DNA of 64,000 bases from a virus, in IMG/VR virus record IMGVR_UViG_3300030329_004107, positions 4,328 through 68,327 of that record; one strand, given 5' to 3'. The translations under genes were made by a program, and so were the position numbers. Of the stretch, positions 31,221 through 39,518 are shown piece after piece. Each line of letters begins with the position of its first letter. Positions within the stretch are counted from its first letter, which is position 1. The notes under the pieces were generated by a model. It worked only from the letters and a program-made list of their open reading frames with translations. It had not been told where the DNA came from and did not search any database.

Positions 31221-31652
31221 TCATTTTCTGTACTTGTCTTCCCACCACCAAATACTGCTAGGCTCGGTGAGGTAGGCCCACACGCCATCTGTACGAATCT
31301 CAACGAACCACGCTTCTCTTACTGGAACGGACTCGTCCTCTACCAAAACAAAACTCTTATGTTTATAAGGGTTGTAAGTAATCTTCTGCCACGCGCAAAG
31401 CTCAATGCCGGTGCTGTAGTCATCAATCAGCGATTCCCGCATTCTCATGCCTTGAATGTAAGCGTGAACGTTTTTGCGCTTCTCGTCACGCACTCGCTGG
31501 TTGCCTTTCGGGCCTACCCTCAAGACGGGGCGACTTAACGCAATTTCTGTAACGTGGTCTACAACAATACCTTTGTCATTGCGAACACTATAAACCGATG
31601 TGCCTTCTTTGGTAGTTTTGTGTAGGTTGCGGTATACTTGTACTTTTTCCAT
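31221..31652 (-). CDS. Conserved-looking phage hypothetical protein
   Basis: VYRNLHK...KRKNVHAY...TYNPY; RBS GGAGG. Confidence 0.6.
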   Translation of the reverse strand: MEKVQVYRNLHKTTKEGTSVYSVRNDKGIVVDHVTEIALSRPVLRVGPKGNQRVRDEKRKNVHAYIQGMRMRESLIDDYSTGIELCAWQKITYNPYKHKSFVLVEDESVPVREAWFVEIRTDGVWAYLTEPSSIWWWEDKYRK

Positions 31653-31654
31653 GT

Positions 31655-31861
31655 TTAGTCCTCCTGCCCGCCAAAGATTCCGTCTTGGCAAGTCTGACAA
31701 TAAGCCGAAATGCCGTACTCTTTGCGGCTGAGTTCGTCGCGGAACTCAAGGTTGTACTGGCCGCACTTGACGCACTGGCCCGCAGCCAGCGCGATATTGC
31801 GGCTACGGCCAAATAGGTTTAGGCACATCGCCTCTTTCATGTCTTCTATCTCGTTTAACAT
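31655..31861 (-). CDS. Small Zn-finger protein
   Basis: CVKC...SRKEYGISAYCQTCQD. Confidence 0.6.
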   Translation of the reverse strand: MLNEIEDMKEAMCLNLFGRSRNIALAAGQCVKCGQYNLEFRDELSRKEYGISAYCQTCQDGIFGGQED

Positions 31862-31899
31862 AATAAAATATAGCACAGGTTGGTTGGTTTGTCAAGGGC

Positions 31900-32016
31900 T
31901 CAACCCCAATTTTTCTGATGTTTTTTCCGACGACGGAAAGAGCCTTTACCCTTCTTGACTTTATGCTCACGGGACGCGCTTCCCATGAACCCTTGTTTGT
32001 TTACTCTTGCTTTCAT
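31900..32016 (-). CDS. ArfA-like (alternative ribosome-rescue factor A) micro-protein, not in ORF track
   Basis: MKARVNKQGFMGSASREHKVKKGKGSFRRRKKHQKNWG; KKGKGS[F/Y]xR matches the conserved ArfA motif. Confidence 0.55.
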   Translation of the reverse strand: MKARVNKQGFMGSASREHKVKKGKGSFRRRKKHQKNWG

Positions 32017-32064
32017 ACCCTATACACAGCAGGTTGCGTGCCAACCTCGATGCGAAAAAAAAAC

Positions 32065-32111
32065 TTGACACTTGGCACGGCGGCGGCTGCCGCCCCAGCG
32101 CACATTGTCAA
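32065..32111. repeat. 47-bp element copy 4
   Basis: Directly visible repeat. Confidence 0.9.
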
Positions 32112-32219
32112 GAGGAATCGCCGCACCAGCGAAAAACAAAAAAACTGATGCGGCGATTATTTGTTGGATATTTATTTCTTATTTATTTATATTTGTTCTG
32201 CCCCTTCTATTTAATTATT

Positions 32220-32450
32220 CTATTGGCGAACTTGCGGCACAGGCGGCAGGGCCACGCTAACAAAGCCCTTCAGCTTTGCCGACAGCATATGTTCCAACAG
32301 AGGCTCGGCGGCCTTAATGTTGTAGATACGGTAGGCTTCGGCTTTCGCCTTGGCGTGAGACACACCCCGCTTCTTTTGAGCGATGATGTGATTTGTAACC
32401 TGCGCGGCCTTGACCGCGTTTTGGGCTTGGTAGGTTTTATATGTTTTCAT
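32220..32450 (-). CDS. Basic hypothetical protein
   Basis: ORF with RBS AAAGGA. Confidence 0.5.
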   Translation of the reverse strand: MKTYKTYQAQNAVKAAQVTNHIIAQKKRGVSHAKAKAEAYRIYNIKAAEPLLEHMLSAKLKGFVSVALPPVPQVRQ

Positions 32451-32533
32451 TGTCTTATCTTATCCTTTCTTTGTTGGCGATGTTAAAAATATAATTACTG
32501 TAAATACTACTAATAGAGCAAAGAGCATATCCA

Positions 32534-33271
32534 TTAAACCGCCTCCTTTGCTTTTCGTTTGAGTGCTTGCAAGGCTTGGCTTGCTATGCTGCCCTTGGGT
32601 TGTGTGCCGTGAATCAGCAGAGCAAAACTCTCTTTGCCAAATGCTGCATGAGAATCGTTATGGTCAATTTCCAAACCAAGCTCATCAGCTTCTTTTTCAC
32701 TGTAAACGACAACGGCTTCTTTCCAGCCGTGTAAGTCAATCAAATCATCATACTTGCCACCACGGGAGGCGGTCAACACAAGGTTTTCAGGCAAGGCAAA
32801 TTGCTTGAACAAATGCAAGCTCTTGCTGTAAGAGTAAAACACCTTGTCAGGGTTGCGCTTGGCTACTTCAATCCACGCTTGCAAATACTTGGCGTTGAAA
32901 TAATCGCCGCCAACGTGGACGCGCATAATGTCGAATTTTTTGGGCAAACTTTTTTCAATGAGGTCGGCGCAGGAGTCCGCGCCGTTTTTTAATGCTGCAC
33001 GAACTAATTCAAAATTGCTCCAAACCATTTGGCGTAACGAGGGATAGGTTGCTTCCGCACTAGCGGCGAAACATCTAAATTGCGTGTCAGGCCCATCTTG
33101 AATTTTACCCGTTTCTCTGTCTGCGCGGGATAAACAATCCTTTGCTGCGGGGCAAGTATGTCCTGCGGGGAGCGTAAATGTTTTGAGTTTTAAGCCTAGC
33201 TTTTTAACGAGCTTTTTGAGCTTGGAGTTCGGTTCTCCGAATTTTAACAGTTTGTCTTTCATGTCTTTCAT
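32534..33271 (-). CDS. Gene product 88-like Cys-containing phage protein
   Basis: NSKL...LPAGHTCP...C...CFA...RVHVGGDYF...FYSYSK. Confidence 0.65.
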   Translation of the reverse strand: MKDMKDKLLKFGEPNSKLKKLVKKLGLKLKTFTLPAGHTCPAAKDCLSRADRETGKIQDGPDTQFRCFAASAEATYPSLRQMVWSNFELVRAALKNGADSCADLIEKSLPKKFDIMRVHVGGDYFNAKYLQAWIEVAKRNPDKVFYSYSKSLHLFKQFALPENLVLTASRGGKYDDLIDLHGWKEAVVVYSEKEADELGLEIDHNDSHAAFGKESFALLIHGTQPKGSIASQALQALKRKAKEAV

Positions 33272-33315
33272 TCCTACAATATAGCATACTTTTCCCATTT
33301 GTCAAGGGCTGGAGG

Positions 33316-33822
33316 TCATTTTTCTAAAGAACTTTTTGCTTGGCCCCAACGCCCACCACCATCACCATCGACGCAACCATGCTCTTGCTTTTGCAAGAAC
33401 GCAAAACCAGCAGTTTCTTGCGCGTCGAATGGTTCTTGGTAAGGCTCATATAAAGAGTTGATTTTGATGCAGCGACCCTCACCCACTAGCGGTTCAAAAC
33501 TATCATATAATTCCTTGGCGATTACTTTCGCGGTGGGCATGGCCCCGCCTTTTACTTTTTTCCATGCTACGCTTCCAGCGTCATTTAATAGCTTAAACAA
33601 TGTTGCGTTTTCAATAGCTTTTAAAATTTTGTCGCGCCCTAAAACTTCTCCATCCCCACGCGCCCAAAAGGTTGCGCGAGTTGCGTTTTGCCATTCTAAT
33701 TCGCCGCTTGTTGCGCCATGATTCCAAAACGAATAAAACCGTTCTGTGATTTCTTGTTGATCGTCGCCTTCTAAAACTACTGCGGTGTCTTTGCCGTGAT
33801 GCTGTAACTTGGTTGTAATCAT
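33316..33822 (-). CDS. Hypothetical protein
   Basis: ATG 6 nt after the TATATT of a sigma70-type promoter. Confidence 0.55.
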   Translation of the reverse strand: MITTKLQHHGKDTAVVLEGDDQQEITERFYSFWNHGATSGELEWQNATRATFWARGDGEVLGRDKILKAIENATLFKLLNDAGSVAWKKVKGGAMPTAKVIAKELYDSFEPLVGEGRCIKINSLYEPYQEPFDAQETAGFAFLQKQEHGCVDGDGGGRWGQAKSSLEK

Positions 33823-33887
33823 ATAACAATATAGCACAAAATAGCTACTTGTCAAGGGGCCGAGGGTTTTTTTTGAAAAAAGTTTTT

Positions 33888-33934
33888 TTGACACTTGGCA
33901 CGGAGGCTGCTGCCGCCTCGCCGCACATTGTCAA
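33888..33934. repeat. 47-bp element copy 5
   Basis: Directly visible repeat. Confidence 0.9.
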
Positions 33935-33955
33935 GCCTTTTTTACGAACAAGGCA

Positions 33956-33986
33956 TAAAAAAAACCCCACCTTATTTGGCGGGGGT
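33956..33986 (-). terminator. Rho-independent terminator
   Basis: GC-rich hairpin plus T-run after the DUF932-like gene. Confidence 0.6.
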
Positions 33987-34001
33987 GATATTATTATTTA
34001 T

Positions 34002-34886
34002 TTATTCAGTAACAACCACGGCCTCGTTTTTCTCTGGAGTCCAGAGTTTATCAAGGGCAGTCGAGTCTGTCGCCGCCTTGGTGAACAGCTTGGTGATGTT
34101 GCTGTTCAGACGCTCACTCAGAACGAAATTGTTTTCTGCAACTTCATGCGTTGTGAATTGCGTTACCGCGTTTAGCAAGTTATACAGGTTGCGGTCTTCA
34201 TCTTCACCGTGAGTCGGATTGTTCCAAATCCGCGCCACACCTTCGCGGCGTGTTTCGGAAATGGTTCCTCTGTTGGTGAGGGACTGCAAAATGTTGATAC
34301 CTTGCTCCTGCGATACCTCGCGGGATGCCATCAGCGTAAATGGGTTATCGGGTTGGCCCAGATTCTCAAAGGCTTGCATGGCGTCTTTAATCGCCTTGAC
34401 AATGGTTTTGACGCTGAACTTGTTGGAGTGCTTGCAGGAAATGCCATGCTCTCTGTCTAGAGTGGTCATGCCATTGGTGCAAACCAAGCGCAAGGCTCCA
34501 CCAATAGTGCGAATGCGATGCGACAAGTCAAAAGAGTTGTCAACATCCATACGGAAGCCCAGAGTGTCGCCTACCTTGGGAATTTTCACCACAGTGTCCT
34601 TGAACTCGTAACGAGTTTTAAAACGCGCTCCGCCTCCCATGACGTAATGCGTTTCGTTGGTTGGTTCAATGCCAAGGTCGGCAAAGACATTACGCACTGG
34701 TTCCATTACCTCGCGGTTCTGAACCACGTTGTAATCCTTGGACACTCCTACTTTGAGGATAGTCCCGTTGTCCACACGGCGCGTCATAAACGAGCCTGTA
34801 TCTTTGCCCTCTGGAGTGAAGACGGGAACCTTTTCCACATCATAGTCCCAGTTGGAGTTAATTGCATGAGTTGCTGTACGAGCCAT
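34002..34886 (-). CDS. DUF932/DUF945-family phage protein
   Basis: YNVVQN, NSFD, RLVCTNG, LYNLLNAVT..TH. Confidence 0.8.
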   Translation of the reverse strand: MARTATHAINSNWDYDVEKVPVFTPEGKDTGSFMTRRVDNGTILKVGVSKDYNVVQNREVMEPVRNVFADLGIEPTNETHYVMGGGARFKTRYEFKDTVVKIPKVGDTLGFRMDVDNSFDLSHRIRTIGGALRLVCTNGMTTLDREHGISCKHSNKFSVKTIVKAIKDAMQAFENLGQPDNPFTLMASREVSQEQGINILQSLTNRGTISETRREGVARIWNNPTHGEDEDRNLYNLLNAVTQFTTHEVAENNFVLSERLNSNITKLFTKAATDSTALDKLWTPEKNEAVVVTE

Positions 34887-35016
34887 TTTTTTATCTTTCT
34901 TTTTAGGTTTCTTCTTATCGTTTAATTATAGTACAATATAGCACACATTCGGGATTTGTCAAGGGGCCGAGGTCATTTTTTTTATTTTTTTTTCTTCTGA
35001 TAATTAAAGTTTTTGT

Positions 35017-35062
35017 TTGACAAAATTGGCGAGGCGGGAGCGGCCCCGGCGCACATTGTCAA
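35017..35062. repeat. Degenerate 46-bp copy of the element
   Basis: TTGACAAAATTGGCG...GCGCACATTGTCAA. Confidence 0.7.
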
Positions 35063-35268
35063 GCACTTTTTTTAGATTTTTTTAATTATAATAGTACTTA
35101 TTTGTTTAATATTTATTTACCATTTATTTGTTCATTATTTAGTCCTTATTTGTTTGTTATTTATTTGTCATTTATTTATAAGTAATTCACTTGCAAGTTA
35201 ATATAAAAATACCCCCGGCAGGAACGTTACAAAACCGCCGAGGGTACTTTGTTATGGTTGGCTCCCAC

Positions 35269-35556
35269 TCAGGAGCGCTTCTTTTTTGGACGGCCTCGTG
35301 GTCTGGCAGAGACGACAGTTACCGGATTTCCGAGTTCATCCAAAGCTTGATATCCATTCCATTCGAATTGATCGCCTACCGGAGATAGAGCACGGGTCCG
35401 CGAGGTCTCTGGCCCCAACCACGTCACTGTACCTGCTGTGCCCTCTAAGGTATCAAAGTCCTTTACGGCGACGGTGGCATTCTGGTTGCTCGGGGTATCG
35501 ATCCGTGCATGCGTAGCGCCCTTCGGTGGGCGGGGAATGACTAGTTCTTTTGACAT
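35269..35556 (-). CDS. Hypothetical protein with an AT-hook-like C-terminus
   Basis: RPRGRPKKKR; start overlaps the RuvB-like stop. Confidence 0.5.
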   Translation of the reverse strand: MSKELVIPRPPKGATHARIDTPSNQNATVAVKDFDTLEGTAGTVTWLGPETSRTRALSPVGDQFEWNGYQALDELGNPVTVVSARPRGRPKKKRS

Positions 35557-36536
35557 TATTTTGGTAATTTAATTTTAGTTGGCGCGGGCTTGTCAACTTG
35601 CTTGAGGTACTTTTGCCCCTTGGCGGTTAGTGCGCGTCCCGCAGTTGTAATCTCCATGAGACTCTGCTTCTGAAGATACATCTCGAAATCACGCTGCAAG
35701 CAGGACTTGGTTAATCCTGTTTTAGCGGCGAGGTAAGTCAAAGAGCAATCTTTCTTCTCGGAAAGAATCTGCAAGACTTGATGCTCGATAGGAGACAAAC
35801 CCAGAGGCATAATAGCCAGAGAATGTTTCATGTTGTCCCAATCTTGTCTGGAGAAATGAGTCTTATCTTTACCAGCGAGATAGGTACGAATGTTGTTCGC
35901 CATCTTCTGAGCAGCGCGAGCATTGCCGCGCAGCACGGTGGCAATATCAGCAGTTAGACCATCATCAAAGGTGAAGTCAGCGCAGACACGGTTAACAATC
36001 TCTCCGAGTTGGTCGTAAGTATATTCCTCAAGGTCAACACGCTCACACCTGTCCATCAAGGCGTGGAAGATGTGTTGAGCTTCGGTGGTGGCGAACATGA
36101 ATGTCTGCCGAGAGAAGTCAAAATCGACAGTGTAATCCTCGCAAGAGAAGGTGGTGCGATTCTCCGAATTAGGATTCAAGATAGTCAGCAACGCCATCGT
36201 CAGGTCTTTGGGCAGTTCGGATGCCTCATCAAACAAGACGGTAACTTCCTTGTGATTAATGTGAGGAATAACCACTTGGTTGAAGAACTGCTTTACGCTC
36301 TTGAGAGTCGAGCAGTTTAGCTCGATAAAAGTCTTTGTTTTTTCGCTACCACGGCGATTCAAGTGCTTGCCTGTTGCTTTGGCGAGCATGGTTTTGCCGC
36401 ACCCTTTGGGGGCCACGAACATGATGTGCGGGCAGATGTTGTTGCCTTTGTAACCGTCAAGATAAAAGTCGAGTCGGCGTTTTGCCTTGTCTTGGCCCAC
36501 GATGTTAGACCAGCGTTCAGTAGGATTTGTCGTCAT
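35556..36536 (-). CDS. ruvB: RuvB-like AAA+ ATPase
   Basis: IVGQ, APKGCGKT, LFDE, FATT, RGNAR, C-terminal wHTH-like FEMYL...TAGRALT. Confidence 0.7.
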   Translation of the reverse strand: MTTNPTERWSNIVGQDKAKRRLDFYLDGYKGNNICPHIMFVAPKGCGKTMLAKATGKHLNRRGSEKTKTFIELNCSTLKSVKQFFNQVVIPHINHKEVTVLFDEASELPKDLTMALLTILNPNSENRTTFSCEDYTVDFDFSRQTFMFATTEAQHIFHALMDRCERVDLEEYTYDQLGEIVNRVCADFTFDDGLTADIATVLRGNARAAQKMANNIRTYLAGKDKTHFSRQDWDNMKHSLAIMPLGLSPIEHQVLQILSEKKDCSLTYLAAKTGLTKSCLQRDFEMYLQKQSLMEITTAGRALTAKGQKYLKQVDKPAPTKIKLPK

Positions 36537-36542
36537 AATTCT

Positions 36543-36571
36543 AATATAGCACACGCTTTAGGTTTTGTCAA
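36543..36571 (-). promoter_or_regulatory. Consensus sigma70 promoter TTGACA-N17-TATATT with extended TG (one of ~15 copies)
   Basis: TTGACAAAACCTAAAGCGTGTGCTATATT. Similar copies near 26090, 31185, 31880, 33290, 33840, 34950, 36875, 37530, 39495, 42525, 45870, 50525, 53530 and 57460. Confidence 0.8.
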
Positions 36572-36580
36572 CCCCTTAAT

Positions 36581-36856
36581 TTACCATTCGTCACCCAAGT
36601 CAGACACCACCAACTTCACCTCTGTCTCTGGTTCTTCAACGAGGTTTTCGATCTTGAGATCGACTTGATTAGCTAACGACTCAATATTCTTGGTCGTGGC
36701 AGCGACAGGCTCGCCAGCAAGCTGAAGTTGCTCCGCATAGCGGCGCGAAACCATTACGGTTGCGTTGGGTTTTAGAACACCATTGAGTGCGCCTAACGAT
36801 ACGGCGACGAAACTGACTGCTCCCTTTGTTCTTCCAGATTTTCCTTTTCTCGGCAT
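36581..36856 (-). CDS. Hypothetical protein, basic N-terminus
   Basis: ATG 6 nt after the -10 box. Confidence 0.55.
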   Translation of the reverse strand: MPRKGKSGRTKGAVSFVAVSLGALNGVLKPNATVMVSRRYAEQLQLAGEPVAATTKNIESLANQVDLKIENLVEEPETEVKLVVSDLGDEW

Positions 36857-36920
36857 AAGAACAATATAGCACACGCTTTACGGGTTGTCAATAGATATTT
36901 TAATTTATTTTTAAATACAA

Positions 36921-37391
36921 TCAAATAAAATCTTTATCTGGTTTTAAGTCATTGTATATATGAATTTTTAAATAATAAGATTTAATGTCAGCAAAGGAAG
37001 GAAATTGTCCTGCACAATCTGTATCTTCTAGGAAGTCTGTTACGTGCATATCGTCTATGTGCGACTCTGCGACAATATAATAAATATCATTTTTATTGAT
37101 TGCAAATATACCGCGCCCAATATATCTAATATTATTTTTATATTTTGGATAATATTGTTTTAAATGATCTATGAAGATATTCGGGTCGGGCTGACCATCT
37201 TCAAATAGTTGGCACTGATCACTGTTCCAAGTTGCCTTGGCATCAGTTAAGGTTTTGTCAGGAACCTTGTCAGTGAACACGGCGTCAACCTTATGCGTCA
37301 TCGCGAGGGGGCGTCCATCCTTCGCACTGTCCAAGCTCGATGATCTCTTTCGTGACCTCGTTAGATACGCGCTCCCACGCAGCGTGGTCAT
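36921..37391 (-). CDS. Hypothetical protein (true start probably ~37301)
   Basis: ORF. Confidence 0.45.
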   Translation of the reverse strand: MTTLRGSAYLTRSRKRSSSLDSAKDGRPLAMTHKVDAVFTDKVPDKTLTDAKATWNSDQCQLFEDGQPDPNIFIDHLKQYYPKYKNNIRYIGRGIFAINKNDIYYIVAESHIDDMHVTDFLEDTDCAGQFPSFADIKSYYLKIHIYNDLKPDKDFI

Positions 37392-37509
37392 CTAGGTAGC
37401 CTGTGATAATCTCTCGTTTCCACGGCGCGAGCTTATTCACTACATAATTGAACGCCTGTTCGTAGCGGGCCGCTTGGCCGGTTGGTTCAGGTAAGGTTTT
37501 TTTATTCAT
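37291..37509 (-). CDS. Hypothetical protein
   Basis: ORF after a sigma70-type promoter and GGAG. Confidence 0.5.
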   Translation of the reverse strand: MNKKTLPEPTGQAARYEQAFNYVVNKLAPWKREIITGYLDDHAAWERVSNEVTKEIIELGQCEGWTPPRDDA

Positions 37510-37549
37510 AACAACTCCATACTATCACACGCTTTAAAAGGCGTCAAGC

Positions 37550-38400
37550 CTCAAGTTTCTATTATAATATTACATTAAAATACCATAACAGAATATAAAA
37601 AACATTCTTTATTTACATTATAAGATTAAACAACAATAAAATTGATAAAAAGTCATAAAAAAACACAAAAAGGGCCGAAAATATTAATTAATTTTTATTC
37701 TTTTAATATCAGATTATTGGTGACAATGTGCAGCGGGTACAAGTTTACTCGGCGCACATTGTCGAGGGGCTTCAAAGAGGCGGTTCCGCGCAATATTTGA
37801 CATTATTTTATTAGTAATTATTAATAAATATTTCGGCCAGAATCATTCACAATTAAAGCCATATTATTAGATATAAAAAAATTATTTTATTCGGCGGGTA
37901 GGCGGGATATTTTATTGAATTAATATATTTCGAGCAAATTCATTCACAATTATTTCACATTATTTCATTCACAATTATTAATAATATTTGATTCAATATC
38001 ATTCACAATTATATTAATCTAATTTATCTTTGTCTTTGTATGCAAGCCAAAGGGTCGCGCCTAACATCAATGCCATCGGCGTCCCAATGAATATTAATAA
38101 AATCAATATTTCATCTTTCATTATTCATAATTACACTATCATACAATATAATATAATTACTATAAATGGCACATAAAGGTATATAATAAATTAATTAATA
38201 AAGTATTTGACAAAAATATATAAAAGTGCCACACCCATCCCACACAACGCCCCACACTCCCCCACACCACGCGCCGTATTATATATATTTAAATTTAATT
38301 ATATTCCTAATCATTATTCTTTATATTCCCTATACTGAATTGATTAATAATACAAAAAAATTCCCCAAAAAATGAGGAATTTAGTCTCTATCTCTGCCTA
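37550..38400. other. AT-rich, mostly non-coding region with four TCATTCACAATTA direct repeats (candidate origin or genome-end region)
   Basis: Repeats start at 37843, 37940, 37965 and 37999; inverted GACAATGTGC/GCACATTGTC at 37722-37763. Confidence 0.5.
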
Positions 38401-38654
38401 CGTTACCTAGCTCACAGGTGATCCGGTACACCAGCCAGAGTGAGAACACCCCGAACACAATGTCCATAATGTTCCTTTTCTGTCGTCATGTTGGGTTGTT
38501 TTGTTGATAAATTTCATTATATGTAAAAAGGTTTAATAATATATGTAAATAAGGTACGGCGCGATATATAAAAAAGATTTAAAAAATGACGAGGGAAAGG
38601 AGAGTAAGACAAAAAGAACCTCTCCGATCCCCCGTCTGAGCGCATCCCTACGCT

Positions 38655-39437
38655 TTAAAGGTAATCGCCTTCTTCTTCGTATTCGTACTCATCGTCCCAC
38701 TCACCGTAGATTCCTTCTTCCAGTGGCGGGGCTTCGATGTTCTCGACATGAGCCACGACCTTGTATTTTGCTGTACGCAGCTTTTGGCATTCGCAATCCA
38801 GAGGAACGCTTACAACGTCAGCAGGGTTGATTTCCACCAGCATGAGGTTGCCGCCGCCACTAGCATAGCTCTTGGCATAATCGTAACTGCCAGCGTGGAA
38901 CCCGTCAGAGCAACCAATATTGGCATCGTCACACACACTGTTTCGGCGCATCTCAAGGGTTTGACCAACAGAGTTGTCAAACTTGCGGGTGTATAAATCC
39001 TTGAAATCTTCCGAGACTCCCTTGTAAGCCACGAAATTACCAGAGGGGGTCAGAGGCATATTCTTATGCTCCAAGAACCTGTAAAGCTCATTTACGGCTC
39101 TACGAGAGGGGTTGTCGAGCAACTTGTCAAGAAACCTGACAAGAGGTTGGAACGGCAAATCTTTCCGCATAAAATCCAAGATTTTATCCACCACAACATT
39201 GTCGGTAATCTCGCCGCGATGATATATCGCGCCATCTTTGACCTCTACGTTGCCATCGGCGTAATCTTGCACGGCTTTAGCCAAGTCCAATGCGTCCATG
39301 AGCTTTTCAGTATCGCCTTGTTTCAGCGCGGCCAAAGCATTATTCCAACTTGGATGGTCTTTTTGAATTGTGTGGGCTTGCCCGTCGAGGATTACGGTCA
39401 GGGAGTGGTCGGTTAGGATATGTGGTGGTATGTTCAT
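38655..39437 (-). CDS. rIIB-like protein
   Basis: NPS...ELYRFL...G.FVAYKGV...CSDGFHAG...VEINPADVVSVP...KLRT..Y.VV. Confidence 0.85.
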   Translation of the reverse strand: MNIPPHILTDHSLTVILDGQAHTIQKDHPSWNNALAALKQGDTEKLMDALDLAKAVQDYADGNVEVKDGAIYHRGEITDNVVVDKILDFMRKDLPFQPLVRFLDKLLDNPSRRAVNELYRFLEHKNMPLTPSGNFVAYKGVSEDFKDLYTRKFDNSVGQTLEMRRNSVCDDANIGCSDGFHAGSYDYAKSYASGGGNLMLVEINPADVVSVPLDCECQKLRTAKYKVVAHVENIEAPPLEEGIYGEWDDEYEYEEEGDYL

Positions 39438-39518
39438 CTTCTTTAGTCTTTCGGTTTAGTGTTTCTCAATCGCTATATATAATATAGCATACACTTTAGA
39501 GGTTGTCAAGAGACTTTT

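Larger units (their letters stand above)
25370..32044 (-). promoter_or_regulatory. Array of 12 sigma54-type (-24/-12) promoter motifs, mostly TTGGCACRCAWCYTGCTGTGTA
   Basis: Copies end (plus-strand coordinate) at 25392, 25604, 25970, 26807, 27073, 28219, 28440, 28644, 29166, 29295, 30442 and 32044. All have GG-N10-GC and lie just upstream of an ATG or the tRNA. Confidence 0.75.

Noticed and set aside
25370-35062. CRISPR array interpretation of the repeats
   Set aside because: Spacing is 130-2800 bp and irregular, the intervals contain ORFs, and no cas genes were seen.
26140-35062. Integron attC sites
   Set aside because: No RYYYAAC/GTTRRRY ends and no integrase seen in the window. The general cassette idea is kept only as an inference.
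35556-36536. Canonical sigma54 enhancer-binding protein
   Set aside because: No GAFTGA loop; the N- and C-terminal motifs fit RuvB.
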